NCBI GenBank assembly: GCA_001004885.1
Contig: LCRX01000006.1
Span: 35,079 to 99,078, forward strand
Length of the DNA stretch: 64,000 nt
DNA from: Candidatus Magasanikbacteria bacterium GW2011_GWA2_56_11
GTDB lineage: Bacteria; Patescibacteriota; Patescibacteriia; Magasanikbacterales; UBA922
Direction: 5' to 3'
Position numbers and translations under genes: made by a program. Each line of letters opens with the position of its first letter. Positions within the stretch are counted from its first letter, which is position 1. Below, piece after piece: positions 20,559 through 31,443 of the stretch. The notes under the pieces are model-generated. The model did not search any database. It saw only the letters and a program-made list of their open reading frames with translations, and was not told where the DNA came from.

Positions 20559-21503
20559 ATGGCCGTCAATTCCAAAGCAATTAAACAACGCATCAAGTCG
20601 GTTAAGAACACCAAAAAAATGACCAAGGCCATGGAAATGGTCTCGGCCGCGAAGATGCGCAAAGCCGTCCAGGGTACGCTCGCCACCAGAAGCTACGCGG
20701 TCATGGCGCGCGAGCTCATGGAGGCGCTTTCGGCCGGCATCGAGGTCCAGTCTCCGCTTCTCGAGTACCGCCCGGTGGCGCGGCTTTTGGTGGTGCTTAT
20801 CAGCTCCAATCGCGGACTTTGCGGCAGCTTTAACGCGAATATCTTCAAAAAGGCCAGGCAAATTTTACGGGAGAAACAAAGCCTCGGCCGCCACCGCACG
20901 GCCCGCGGCGAAACGATCGAGCCGGCGGCCGAGATCGCCATTGACATTCTTGGCGTCGGCAAGAAGAGCGCCTGGTTCGCGCGCCAGTCCGGCTATCCGC
21001 TCGTGGCCGCGTTTGACGAGCTTTCCGAGCGGCCCACATTCGAAGAAATCATTCCGATCACGCGCTTCGTGATGGACGCTTTCAGCCAGAAAACTTATGA
21101 CAAGGTCGCCGTTTTGTTCACCGATTACAAGTCGAGTTTGGCCCAGGAAGTGAAGGTCAGACAGCTATTGCCCATTTCGGCTCACGACCTGGAAAAAATG
21201 CTTCGAGACTCGGTTGGGGATGCCGGCGATCCGCGCGGCATCGACTCCGAACATTACGTATTTGAGCCTAGCCCGTCGTTGATCGTACAGACCGTTTTAC
21301 CGCGGCTGGCGGAGGTACAGCTGTATCAGGGAATTTTGGAATCAGCGGCCAGCGAGCACAGCGCCCGCATGGTGGCGATGAAGAGCGCCACCGAAGCGGC
21401 GGGCGAGATGATTGATATGCTGACATTAGAATTCAATAAGGCGCGGCAGGCTTCCATTACTCAAGAAATCGCCGAGATTGCCGGGGGCGCGGCCGCTCTG
21501 TAA
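20559..21503 (+). CDS. atpG: F1 ATP synthase subunit gamma
   Basis: KMTKAMEMVSAAK, RGLCGSFN, ASEHSARMVAM, RQASITQEI. Confidence 0.97.
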   Translation: MAVNSKAIKQRIKSVKNTKKMTKAMEMVSAAKMRKAVQGTLATRSYAVMARELMEALSAGIEVQSPLLEYRPVARLLVVLISSNRGLCGSFNANIFKKARQILREKQSLGRHRTARGETIEPAAEIAIDILGVGKKSAWFARQSGYPLVAAFDELSERPTFEEIIPITRFVMDAFSQKTYDKVAVLFTDYKSSLAQEVKVRQLLPISAHDLEKMLRDSVGDAGDPRGIDSEHYVFEPSPSLIVQTVLPRLAEVQLYQGILESAASEHSARMVAMKSATEAAGEMIDMLTLEFNKARQASITQEIAEIAGGAAAL

Positions 21504-21527
21504 TAATACACTTAGACACTAGAATAA

Positions 21528-22922
<1,395 letters not shown>

Positions 22923-22930
22923 TCTTTCCT

Positions 22931-23269
22931 ATGAGTAGAGACCGAGAATCGAGGCCAATAAGCCTGATGAGAGAAATGTTGCGTCAGGATTACGCCCAGG
23001 GGGTTCGTATTCTGGCGCGCGACGTCCTGGCGGTGCAGAAAGAACCGGATTGGTCCGGCTATGTCGCCGAGGTGATTGAACATGCCCGGACTGGCGAAAC
23101 ACGCAATCCGGAAGTAGACGCCATTTTGGCGCGGATACTCATGAAAAAACATTATTTAACTCTCGAAGAGATAGTAGCGATATCCGATGACGTCGCCCGA
23201 GAGTGCCTTGTTCTCCTCGGGGGAGATATAGCCGATCATTATGCAGAGTCCGGACAAGCTACAATTTAA
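22931..23269 (+). CDS. Hypothetical protein between atpD and atpC
   Basis: 112-aa ORF filling the gap; overlaps the atpC start. Confidence 0.55.
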   Translation: MSRDRESRPISLMREMLRQDYAQGVRILARDVLAVQKEPDWSGYVAEVIEHARTGETRNPEVDAILARILMKKHYLTLEEIVAISDDVARECLVLLGGDIADHYAESGQATI

Positions 23270-23669
23270 GCTCGTTACTCCCGATGGCATCGTCTACGAC
23301 GACGCCATCGACCAGGTCAGCATCCCGACAGCCGCGGGCGAGATTACGGTTTTGCCGCGTCATATTCCGCTCGTTTCGATTATCAGCGCGGGAGAACTAA
23401 GGCTAAAAAAGGATGGCGCCGAGATACCGCTCGTAGTCTCCGGCGGTGTTCTGGAGATTCGTCCGGGCAGCCAACTTTACGTTCTGGCCGATACCGCGGA
23501 GAGAGCCGAGCATATCGACATGGAACGCGCGGAAGCGGCCCGGGCGCGCGCCGAAGAGCTTATGAAACAGAAGGAACAGATGGCCGATGTCGACTTTGCC
23601 CGCTTGCAGGCCAAAATGGAAAAAGAACTGGCCCGCCTGCGCGTCGGCAGAAAGTACCGGAAAATTTAG
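23241..23669 (+). CDS. atpC: F1 ATP synthase subunit epsilon
   Basis: LVTPDG, GEITVLPRHIP, VSGG, AEHID.ERAE.A. Confidence 0.94.
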   Translation: MQSPDKLQFKLVTPDGIVYDDAIDQVSIPTAAGEITVLPRHIPLVSIISAGELRLKKDGAEIPLVVSGGVLEIRPGSQLYVLADTAERAEHIDMERAEAARARAEELMKQKEQMADVDFARLQAKMEKELARLRVGRKYRKI

Positions 23670-23765
23670 CCGGCGGCAGCCAGGATTCTCTCTCCCCGAC
23701 GCGCCCGGCTTGGTGCCGCCTTTGGCTCGGGCGCGGATGTCCTCCAGACCGGACTCTCTGCCCCC

Positions 23766-23794
23766 TTGACATCAGACCGGGTTTCGGATATATT
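23766..23794 (+). promoter_or_regulatory. Near-consensus sigma70 promoter for the Cys-rich microprotein
   Basis: TTGACA-17nt-TATATT. Confidence 0.7.
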
Positions 23795-23838
23795 GTTTTG
23801 TACGTTTATCCTTATTCATCTATCTATCCTAATCGTAT

Positions 23839-23958
23839 ATGAAGTGCTCACAGTGCGCGACCATGATCGAGGGGGACATGCAGTGCCCTGATTGCGGGGT
23901 GTGCGAGCTGTGCTGCAATTGCAGCACCATGTCGTACGACAGCTCGGCCGAGGAATAG
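23839..23958 (+). CDS. 39-aa cysteine-rich microprotein (metallothionein/zinc-binding-like), not in the ORF track
   Basis: MKCSQCATMIEGDMQCPDCGVCELCCNCSTMSYDSSAEE*; own promoter and terminator. Confidence 0.7.
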   Translation: MKCSQCATMIEGDMQCPDCGVCELCCNCSTMSYDSSAEE

Positions 23959-23980
23959 CTCTCGGTTTGGCATTTTATTG

Positions 23981-24011
23981 AATCCCGCAGAGAGCTGCGG
24001 GTTTTTATTTT
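23981..24011 (+). terminator. Intrinsic terminator
   Basis: AATCCCGCAG-agag-CTGCGGGTT followed by TTTATTTT. Confidence 0.75.
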
Positions 24012-24072
24012 GGGGCGCGGGGTAGAAAAAATTATCCCGTTTATCTATACTAGCAATAGCGCCGACCGGCTT

Positions 24073-25830
24073 ATGAATTACCACACGGGTTTAACGCTTA
24101 GGATTTACCTGCGGCACATCCTCCAGTACAAGTGGAGTTTTTTTGGGCTGCTCTTGTTTGTAGTGGTTGGCTCTGCCGTGGGCGTCATCATTCCTCTTTA
24201 CTATAAACAATTTTTTGATACCCTTTCCGACCCGAGCATCGCCGCCGTCCGCGAGCGTCTGGTAACTGTTCTCTTTGCCATCGCGGCTCTGCACACAGCC
24301 GAAGTAATATTGTGGCGCGGCGCCGGTTTTGTCAACAATTATTTTGAGCCGTACGTTACCGCCGCCATAGGCAATTACTGCTTCGGCTACCTGCACCGGC
24401 ATTCTTTCAGTTTTTTCAGCGGTCATTTTGTCGGCGCGCTGGTCCGGCGCGTCAACAAGTTTACGGGTTCGTTCGAACGGATTTTGGACCGATGCGTTTG
24501 GAACATCCTCCAACTGGTCGTAAACGTGGCCGTGATTTTATTCGTGCTTTCCTCACGCGACCGGCGCCTCATGGTTATTGTCCTTGTTTGGACCATTTTA
24601 TTTTCTCTTATCAACTGGTTTATCACCGGGTACAAGATGAAATACGACGTGCGCCGCAGCGAGGCCGAGACCCGGGCCAACGGCATTCTGGCGGACACGA
24701 TTACCAACAATGTCAACGTCAAGCTGTTCAACGGATACGCGCGCGAGCGCTCCCTCTACGCGCAAGCCCTCTTTGTGGTCCGGCGCTTGCGCAAGTTCAC
24801 CTGGGACCTGGACGTGATGTTTGAAACGGTCCAGGCGACGCTCATGGTGGCGCTCGAGATCGGCATTTTTTACTTCGCCATTGGCTTGTGGGAGAACGGA
24901 ACCCTCACGGTCGGCGATTTTGTGCTTATCCAGTCGTATCTTCTGACCATCTTCCTGCGGGTCTGGGATTTTGGCAAGATTATCCGCGACATTTTCACCG
25001 ATCTGGCCGATGCCGAAGATATGGCCGTTGTTTTGGATACGCCGCACGAAATCCAGGACATACCGCATGCCCGGCCGCTCGCGGTTAAAGGCGGCAACAT
25101 CCTCTTCAAGGACGTCAGCTTTTACTACCACAGCACGCGGCCGATTATCACCCATTTTAATCTGCATATCCGGCCGCACGAGCGGCTGGCGCTGGTGGGG
25201 CCCTCCGGCGCGGGCAAGTCAACACTCGTTAAACTCCTCATGCGCATGCACGATATCACGGACGGCAAAGTTTTCATTGACGAACAGGAAATCCGCAAGG
25301 TAACGCAGGAAAGCCTCTGGCAGGGTATTAGCTTTGTTCCGCAAGAGCCGATTCTGTTTCACCGGACGCTGATGGAAAACATCCGCTACGGCGCTCCGGA
25401 GGCGACCGACGACCAGGTAATGGCAGCCGCCCAAAAAGCCCACTGCCACGAGTTCATCAGGGATTTTCCCGAGGGCTACCAGACTTTTGTCGGCGAACGC
25501 GGCGTCAAACTCTCGGGCGGCGAGCGCCAACGGGTGGCGATCGCGCGCGCCATCCTGCGCAACGCCCCGATTTTGATCCTCGACGAGGCCACGTCGAGCC
25601 TCGATTCCGAGTCCGAACGCCTGATACAGGCTGCGCTCGACATGCTCATGAAGAAAAAGACGGTCATTGTCATCGCGCACCGCCTGTCGACCATCATGAA
25701 GATGGACCGCATCGTGGTCATAGACCGGGGGCAGATAACGGAAGAGGGGACCCACGCGGAGCTTATTCGCAAGCGCAGCGGCCTTTACCACAAGCTCTGG
25801 AGCTTGCAGGCCGGCGGGTTTTTGCAGTAA
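24073..25830 (+). CDS. ABC transporter, fused permease/ATPase (exporter type)
   Basis: TM domain, GPSGAGKS, LSGGERQR, ILDEATS, IAHRLST; ATG 24073 preferred as start. Confidence 0.93.
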   Translation: MNYHTGLTLRIYLRHILQYKWSFFGLLLFVVVGSAVGVIIPLYYKQFFDTLSDPSIAAVRERLVTVLFAIAALHTAEVILWRGAGFVNNYFEPYVTAAIGNYCFGYLHRHSFSFFSGHFVGALVRRVNKFTGSFERILDRCVWNILQLVVNVAVILFVLSSRDRRLMVIVLVWTILFSLINWFITGYKMKYDVRRSEAETRANGILADTITNNVNVKLFNGYARERSLYAQALFVVRRLRKFTWDLDVMFETVQATLMVALEIGIFYFAIGLWENGTLTVGDFVLIQSYLLTIFLRVWDFGKIIRDIFTDLADAEDMAVVLDTPHEIQDIPHARPLAVKGGNILFKDVSFYYHSTRPIITHFNLHIRPHERLALVGPSGAGKSTLVKLLMRMHDITDGKVFIDEQEIRKVTQESLWQGISFVPQEPILFHRTLMENIRYGAPEATDDQVMAAAQKAHCHEFIRDFPEGYQTFVGERGVKLSGGERQRVAIARAILRNAPILILDEATSSLDSESERLIQAALDMLMKKKTVIVIAHRLSTIMKMDRIVVIDRGQITEEGTHAELIRKRSGLYHKLWSLQAGGFLQ

Positions 25831-25857
25831 ACTAGGCTTATATAACGGATAATTTTT

Positions 25858-26502
25858 ATGCGCATCACCAAGTTTGGTCATTCTTGTCTGCTCGTCGAAG
25901 AAGACGAGGCCCGCATACTTATTGACCCGGGGAGCTGGACTAGCGCCCAGAATGGGCTCAAGAATCTTGACGTTATTCTGATTACCCATGAACATAATGA
26001 CCATTGCGATCTGGCTTCTATCCAGGCTTTGCTCGCGGGCAATCCCGGCGTAGTTATACTTACCAATAGCGGCGTCAAGAAAAAACTCGCGGCCGCCGGA
26101 ATCGCGGGCCAGATTCTCGAAGACGGTGCCAGCACCCAAGTGAAAGGCGTCAAGATTCTAGCCTGCGGCCGGGATCATGCCGTGATCTACGAAACTATTC
26201 CGCCGGTCGCGAATACTGGTTATCTTATTGCCGAGCGTTTTTTCGCGCCCGGAGATACGGTAACCGCAATCCCGCCGCAACCGGTGGAAATTTTGGCGCT
26301 TCCTGTCGTGGCTCCCTGGACCAAGCTGGCGGAATGTCTCGATTACGCCCGGAAAATCAAGCCCCAGGTTTGTTTTCCGGTTCACGACGGTATGGCCAAA
26401 GAGGGCGCGTTCGACAAACATCCCCAGAACATCCTGCCCGGCTTTGGCATCGAGGTAGTCATACCGCAGCCGGGAGTGCCTATGGACTTTCAGCCATTTT
26501 AG
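25858..26502 (+). CDS. MBL-fold metallo-hydrolase
   Basis: GHSC, IDPG, THEHNDH, PGDT, PVH. Confidence 0.88.
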   Translation: MRITKFGHSCLLVEEDEARILIDPGSWTSAQNGLKNLDVILITHEHNDHCDLASIQALLAGNPGVVILTNSGVKKKLAAAGIAGQILEDGASTQVKGVKILACGRDHAVIYETIPPVANTGYLIAERFFAPGDTVTAIPPQPVEILALPVVAPWTKLAECLDYARKIKPQVCFPVHDGMAKEGAFDKHPQNILPGFGIEVVIPQPGVPMDFQPF

Positions 26503-26552
26503 GATTATGCTTTGTCTAGCTAATTTTCATTTTTGGCCTTAACTCAAATCCT

Positions 26553-27743
26553 ATGGTTCAAGGTGAAACTCGACCCCAAGATATAACCAGGGAGACAGTC
26601 GAAACAGGAGAGAGGTTGCACCCGGTCGTGGCGGATGTATTCGCCGACCTGGAAGGAGAAAACGGAAGAAATTATGAAGGCGATAATTTGGAGACGATTA
26701 GACGCCGAACTCGGGAAACAAACGGGCGTAAGCCCTTTGACGAAGAAAAAGTATTGGTCCAAGAATTAACCAGCCAGTTATGGCCCGTGGATAAGCTAGA
26801 TCCCCATGTGGTCAAGCGGGCCAGAACGATCCTCAGCGAAAAAGCCAACAATCATCTTGACGATCGGGTGGGCCGGGCAGAGTTTAAAATTGAACGAGAT
26901 ATCTCGGATGAAGAAGCTATCGAAATGGCCCGCGCGATGCAGATGCGGTTTTTTGCCGAGCGGGCCGTGAAGGGCGCTACCTACCCGGGTTATGCTGCCA
27001 GGGCGCTGGAGCCGCTTGCCGGCTGCAGGGTGACGGAGATGGATGGCGATCGAAAAATGATCGATACCCGCAAACCTGATGAACCTACCCCCCACCGGAT
27101 CGTCGCCGGGCCGGAGCAATTTCGAGTCGCCGACGAACAAGTGGTCGACGCCTACAATACTTTTAGGGCTTTTTTGGATCTCAAAGGAACTAAATTAACC
27201 CTGGACCAGGCGGACGCGGCTGAATTCAAAAGGCGTTTTCCGAATTTGAGGCTAAACAGCGAAGGCCTGGCTTATCTTGCCGGCGGCAACGATCAGCAAC
27301 GCCGCGATAATCTGCAAACGGCCGAGCGGGATTACCTGATGGTAAGAGAAAAACTGGCTGAACGCCTGCAGAGTGAACTTGGCGGCAGCGAGCCCTTGAC
27401 GGAAAATCAGCTGCGCAGACGCCTCAAAGAGGTGGAAGCTGAAAACAGGCAGCTGCATGGAGATTTAGAGTTAGAACAGGACAACAGGCGGTCGGCCGAA
27501 CAGCGCGCCGAAGCAGCCGAGCGTAATGTCGGAATTGCTGAAGTGGAAGAAAAAGGATTGCGGCTCGCGGCCACGGAGGCCAAGAAGAAGGGCGAGGCTA
27601 ATGTTGAGGCCTTGAAAAGGGATGTAAACGCCAAGCTGGCGGAGATACAAGCGCTCCTAGCCGGGGCCAGGTTCGGCAATAAGGGTGAGGTGATAGAAGG
27701 AGCCCAGGGGGCCATAACTGAATTGTTAAAGTCCCTTAAGTAA
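26553..27743 (+). CDS. Hypothetical protein with C-terminal coiled coil
   Basis: 396-aa ORF, charged, with heptad-like C-terminus. Confidence 0.7.
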   Translation: MVQGETRPQDITRETVETGERLHPVVADVFADLEGENGRNYEGDNLETIRRRTRETNGRKPFDEEKVLVQELTSQLWPVDKLDPHVVKRARTILSEKANNHLDDRVGRAEFKIERDISDEEAIEMARAMQMRFFAERAVKGATYPGYAARALEPLAGCRVTEMDGDRKMIDTRKPDEPTPHRIVAGPEQFRVADEQVVDAYNTFRAFLDLKGTKLTLDQADAAEFKRRFPNLRLNSEGLAYLAGGNDQQRRDNLQTAERDYLMVREKLAERLQSELGGSEPLTENQLRRRLKEVEAENRQLHGDLELEQDNRRSAEQRAEAAERNVGIAEVEEKGLRLAATEAKKKGEANVEALKRDVNAKLAEIQALLAGARFGNKGEVIEGAQGAITELLKSLK

Positions 27744-27840
27744 AAGAGATTTTCGTGTCTGCCTTTGGCCATATATTTTTTTCGGGGCATGAGATAGCTG
27801 CCGCGAAGTATGTCTCCTGTTTTGGGGATATGACGTATAA

Positions 27841-27869
27841 TTGACAGTCGGTGAACTGCTGAGTATTAT
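27841..27869 (+). promoter_or_regulatory. Sigma70 promoter of the Ehr operon
   Basis: TTGACA-17nt-TATTAT. Confidence 0.65.
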
Positions 27870-27912
27870 ATAGCCAACGGGATTATATTTTTGCCGCCGC
27901 CGGCGCGGATAT

Positions 27913-28434
27913 ATGCTTAAGCTGTACGCCAAGATATTCGCCACTCCCCAGACAGCGATCGGCCTGCCGGAACTCAAGGACGGGGAGGTCGAAATCGTTG
28001 GAAAAAAAATCGCGGCCAAAGTGGCCAAGCTGTTTCGCGGCTCGCTCGCTATCCGCGAGGTGGACGCCGGCTCGACCAACGCCTGCGAGCAGGAGCTGAC
28101 CGCGCTCGGGAATTCTTATTACGACGTCGAGAGATTCGGCATTCATTTCGTCGCCTCGCCCCGGCACGCCGACATGCTTATGGTTACCGGACCCGTGTCG
28201 AGAAACATGAAAGAGGCGCTCATCCGGACGTATGAGGCCACGCCAGACCCGAAAATCGTGGTGGCGGTCGGCGACGACGCCATAGACGGCGGGATTTTTA
28301 AGGGCTCCTATGCCGTCCTCGACGGGGTCCACAACGTCATTCCGGTTGATTTCCGGATTCCCGGCGATCCGCCGTCGCCCAAAACGATTTTGATCCATTT
28401 GCTTAAAATTCTCGAGATCATCGATTCCCGCTAA
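27913..28434 (+). CDS. Ehr small subunit (NuoB/HycG-like) with degenerate Fe-S ligands
   Basis: YDVERFGIHFVASPRHAD.L.VTG and TPDPK.VVAVG present; Cys motifs read GSTNAC / GDDA / IPGDPP. Confidence 0.88.
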   Translation: MLKLYAKIFATPQTAIGLPELKDGEVEIVGKKIAAKVAKLFRGSLAIREVDAGSTNACEQELTALGNSYYDVERFGIHFVASPRHADMLMVTGPVSRNMKEALIRTYEATPDPKIVVAVGDDAIDGGIFKGSYAVLDGVHNVIPVDFRIPGDPPSPKTILIHLLKILEIIDSR

Positions 28435-28459
28435 GCTGTCCGGCCGGCAGCCTTCATTT

Positions 28460-30505
28460 ATGTTTACCGCGGTCAGCGCCCAATCAAGTTTTTTCCTCGC
28501 CCTCCTGTTTTTGGGGCTGGGATCGCTGGGTTCTGCTTGCCTGTGGAAAAAAGACGCGGCCGCCAATTGGTGGGGCAACCTCTGCGCGATAACGGCGTCT
28601 GTGTTTGGGCTGCTGTCGGCCATCCGCGTTCTTCTTGGCGGGGCCGCGTTTTCTTTGGCGGCCGATTCCCCGCTGGGGGCGCTGTCATTTTCCTTTACGG
28701 TTGATAAACTGTCCGCTTTTTTCATTTTTGTTATCTCGCTCATCGCCCTGCCGGCCTCCATTTATGGCCTGGGTTACGTGAAGCATTACTACGGCAGATA
28801 TTCTCCCGGCGTCCTCGGTTTTTTCTACAATCTTTTTCTGGCCGGCCTGTTTTTGGTCGTGAGCGCCGATAATGCCCTTTTTTTCCTGACAGTTTGGGAA
28901 ATCATGTCCCTGGCTTCGTACTTTTTGGTCATTTTCGAACACCGCGAGCCGGATAATATCAGCGCCGGCACGCGTTACTTTATCATGACCCACGCCGGGA
29001 CCGCTTGTATCATACTGGCGTTTCTTGTCTTGTATCGTTTTACGGGATCGTTTGAGTTTGACGTCATCAGGGAAAATTTCGCCGCTGTTCCGGCCTACGC
29101 AAAGAATATTGTTTTTTTGCTCACGCTCGCCGGTTTTGGCACCAAGGCCGGCATTATACCGCTGCACATTTGGCTGCCAAGCGCGCACCCGGCGGCGCCG
29201 ACGCACGTGTCCGCGCTCATGTCCGGGGTCATGATAAAAACCGGCATTTACATGTTTATCCGGATTTTGATTGATTTCTCGCCTGGCGCGCCGTTGTGGT
29301 GGGGGATAGCGGTTCTCCTGATTGGAGCGGCGTCATCGCTTTTCGGCGTTTTGTACGCCCTCACGGAGCATGACATTAAGAAACTGTTGGCTTATCACAG
29401 TATCGAGAATATCGGCATCATTCTTTTGGGCCTGGGCAGCGCGCTTGTTTTTTGGGCTGCCGGAGCGGAATCACTCGCCATGCTCGGTCTCATCGCGGCC
29501 TTGTTCCACACCCTCAATCACGCCGTTTTCAAGGCGCTGCTGTTTTTGGGCGCCGGCTCGGTTATCTCCCAGACGCGCACCCGCAACATGGAGGAGTACG
29601 GCGGCCTGATACGGACTATGCCTTATACCGCGGCTTTGTTTCTGACCGGTTCTCTGGCCATATCGGCTTTGCCGCCTTTCAATGGTTTTGCGAGCGAATG
29701 GCTGACTTTTCAGTCGCTTTTTAGCGGGTTCGGGTCATTCGGCCGTTCGGTGGCCGGGGTATTCGCGCTCTCGGCCGGAGCGCTGGCCTTTACTGGCGGC
29801 CTGGCCGCGGCCTGTTTTGTCAAAGCATTCGGCGCGACCTTCTTGGCGCGGCCGCGCAGTGTCGAAGCCGCGCGCTCCAGAGAGTCGGCGCCCTCCATGG
29901 TGCTGGGCATGGGCGTGCTTGCCCTGCTAACGCTCGTCATTGGAATTTTTTCCGGAGTCGTTTCCCGCGTGCTCTCGGTCGTGGTCGCCGACCGGCCGGG
30001 ATTCTCTACGGTGCCGGTTCCTGTTTCCGTCCCGGCCGCGAGCCTGAGCCTGGGCAGCGGTTTCGCCGCGATGTCTTTGCCGCTCGTCTTTGTGTCCCTG
30101 GCCGCCGTGAGCGCGCTGGTGGCTTTTTTGACGTATCTCGCGACGGCCGGCCGGCGCGTAAAAATTGGCCGCACCTGGGATTGCGGTACCGACCTCACCC
30201 CCCGCATGGAGATAACCGCGACCGGGTTTTCCCGTTCTCTCATTTCGATATTTCGGGGAATATTAAAGCCGAGCAAACAGACTACCATCGAGTATCGCGA
30301 CGCGGATAGCCGGTTTTTCCCCCAGACCAGATCGGTTAAACTGGAGATTAAAGATGTTTACAGCGCTTATTTTTACCGTCCGGTCGAGCGCCTGACAATG
30401 GCTCTGGCGGCGCAGATAAAAAAAATCCAGTGCGGCAATGTAAACGCCTATATCGTTTACTTGTTTGCCGCCCTGATAGCGCTTTTAGTCTGGGCTGTGA
30501 TCTAA
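28460..30505 (+). CDS. hyfB: HyfB-like antiporter-type membrane subunit (NuoL/MrpA family)
   Basis: WEIMSL, KAGIIPLHIWLPSAHPAAP..VSALMSG, LAYHSIENIG, PPFNGFASEW. Confidence 0.88.
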   Translation: MFTAVSAQSSFFLALLFLGLGSLGSACLWKKDAAANWWGNLCAITASVFGLLSAIRVLLGGAAFSLAADSPLGALSFSFTVDKLSAFFIFVISLIALPASIYGLGYVKHYYGRYSPGVLGFFYNLFLAGLFLVVSADNALFFLTVWEIMSLASYFLVIFEHREPDNISAGTRYFIMTHAGTACIILAFLVLYRFTGSFEFDVIRENFAAVPAYAKNIVFLLTLAGFGTKAGIIPLHIWLPSAHPAAPTHVSALMSGVMIKTGIYMFIRILIDFSPGAPLWWGIAVLLIGAASSLFGVLYALTEHDIKKLLAYHSIENIGIILLGLGSALVFWAAGAESLAMLGLIAALFHTLNHAVFKALLFLGAGSVISQTRTRNMEEYGGLIRTMPYTAALFLTGSLAISALPPFNGFASEWLTFQSLFSGFGSFGRSVAGVFALSAGALAFTGGLAAACFVKAFGATFLARPRSVEAARSRESAPSMVLGMGVLALLTLVIGIFSGVVSRVLSVVVADRPGFSTVPVPVSVPAASLSLGSGFAAMSLPLVFVSLAAVSALVAFLTYLATAGRRVKIGRTWDCGTDLTPRMEITATGFSRSLISIFRGILKPSKQTTIEYRDADSRFFPQTRSVKLEIKDVYSAYFYRPVERLTMALAAQIKKIQCGNVNAYIVYLFAALIALLVWAVI

Positions 30506-30509
30506 TTTT

Positions 30510-31439
30510 ATGTCATTGTTCGGTTTGTGGTTTTTGCAACTCCTCCTTGTGCCGGCCTTGTCGCCGCTGTTTATCGGCATTGTCCGCCGGGTTAAGGCCA
30601 GGCTGCAGAATCGGGTGGGCGCGAGGGTAACCCAGCCGTACCGCGATATTCTGAAACTTTTTCGCAAGGACGAGGTCGTAAGCGCCGATGCTTCCTGGAT
30701 CTTTAGCAGCGCGCCGTATCTTATTTTTGCCGTCTCCATTCTTTTGGGAGCCAGTATCCCGCTTCTATCCGCGCACCTCACGGCTACCGTGCTCGGCGAT
30801 CTTCTGACGGTCGTCTACGTTATTGCCCTCAGCACGTTCTTTTTGGCTTTAGCCGGCATGGATACCGGCAACGCTTTCGGCGGATTCGGATCAAGTCGCG
30901 AAATGACCGTGGCCGCTTTGACCGAGGGCGGGCTTATTTTTTCGCTCCTGGCCCTGGCGTTCACGGCCCATTCGAGCAATCTGTTTGTCATCGCCGGGGC
31001 TATTTCCAGCTTGTCGCTTCTCGCTTTTACCCCGATTATTTTGGCTTTTGTGGCGTTTGTTATCGCGCTTCTCGCCGAAACCGGCCGGTTTCCCTTTGAC
31101 AATCCGGCCACCCATCTCGAGCTGACCATGATCCACGAAGCCATGATCCTCGAATATTCCGGCAAGAAACTGGCGCTCATGGAGTGGGCGGCGGCCAACA
31201 AGTTCATGCTGTTTCTCGCGCTCGGAGCGAACCTGTTTTTTCCGTGGGGGCTCGCCGCTTCGGCTTCGCCCCCGGCGCTTATTTTGGCCCTGGGAGCCTT
31301 AGTTTTCAAGCTGTTAGTCTTTTGCGTTTTGGTCGCCCTCCTGGAGTCGAGCCTGGCCAAATTTCGGTTTTTCCGCCTGCCTGATCTTTTGTTCATGTCG
31401 TTCATATTAAGCCTGATCGCGCTTTCGCTCATCGTGTAG
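30510..31439 (+). CDS. HyfC/HycD (NuoH-like) membrane subunit
   Basis: KARLQNRVG...QPYRDILKL, ETGRFPFD, LEYSG. Confidence 0.88.
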   Translation: MSLFGLWFLQLLLVPALSPLFIGIVRRVKARLQNRVGARVTQPYRDILKLFRKDEVVSADASWIFSSAPYLIFAVSILLGASIPLLSAHLTATVLGDLLTVVYVIALSTFFLALAGMDTGNAFGGFGSSREMTVAALTEGGLIFSLLALAFTAHSSNLFVIAGAISSLSLLAFTPIILAFVAFVIALLAETGRFPFDNPATHLELTMIHEAMILEYSGKKLALMEWAAANKFMLFLALGANLFFPWGLAASASPPALILALGALVFKLLVFCVLVALLESSLAKFRFFRLPDLLFMSFILSLIALSLIV

Positions 31440-31443
31440 GACT

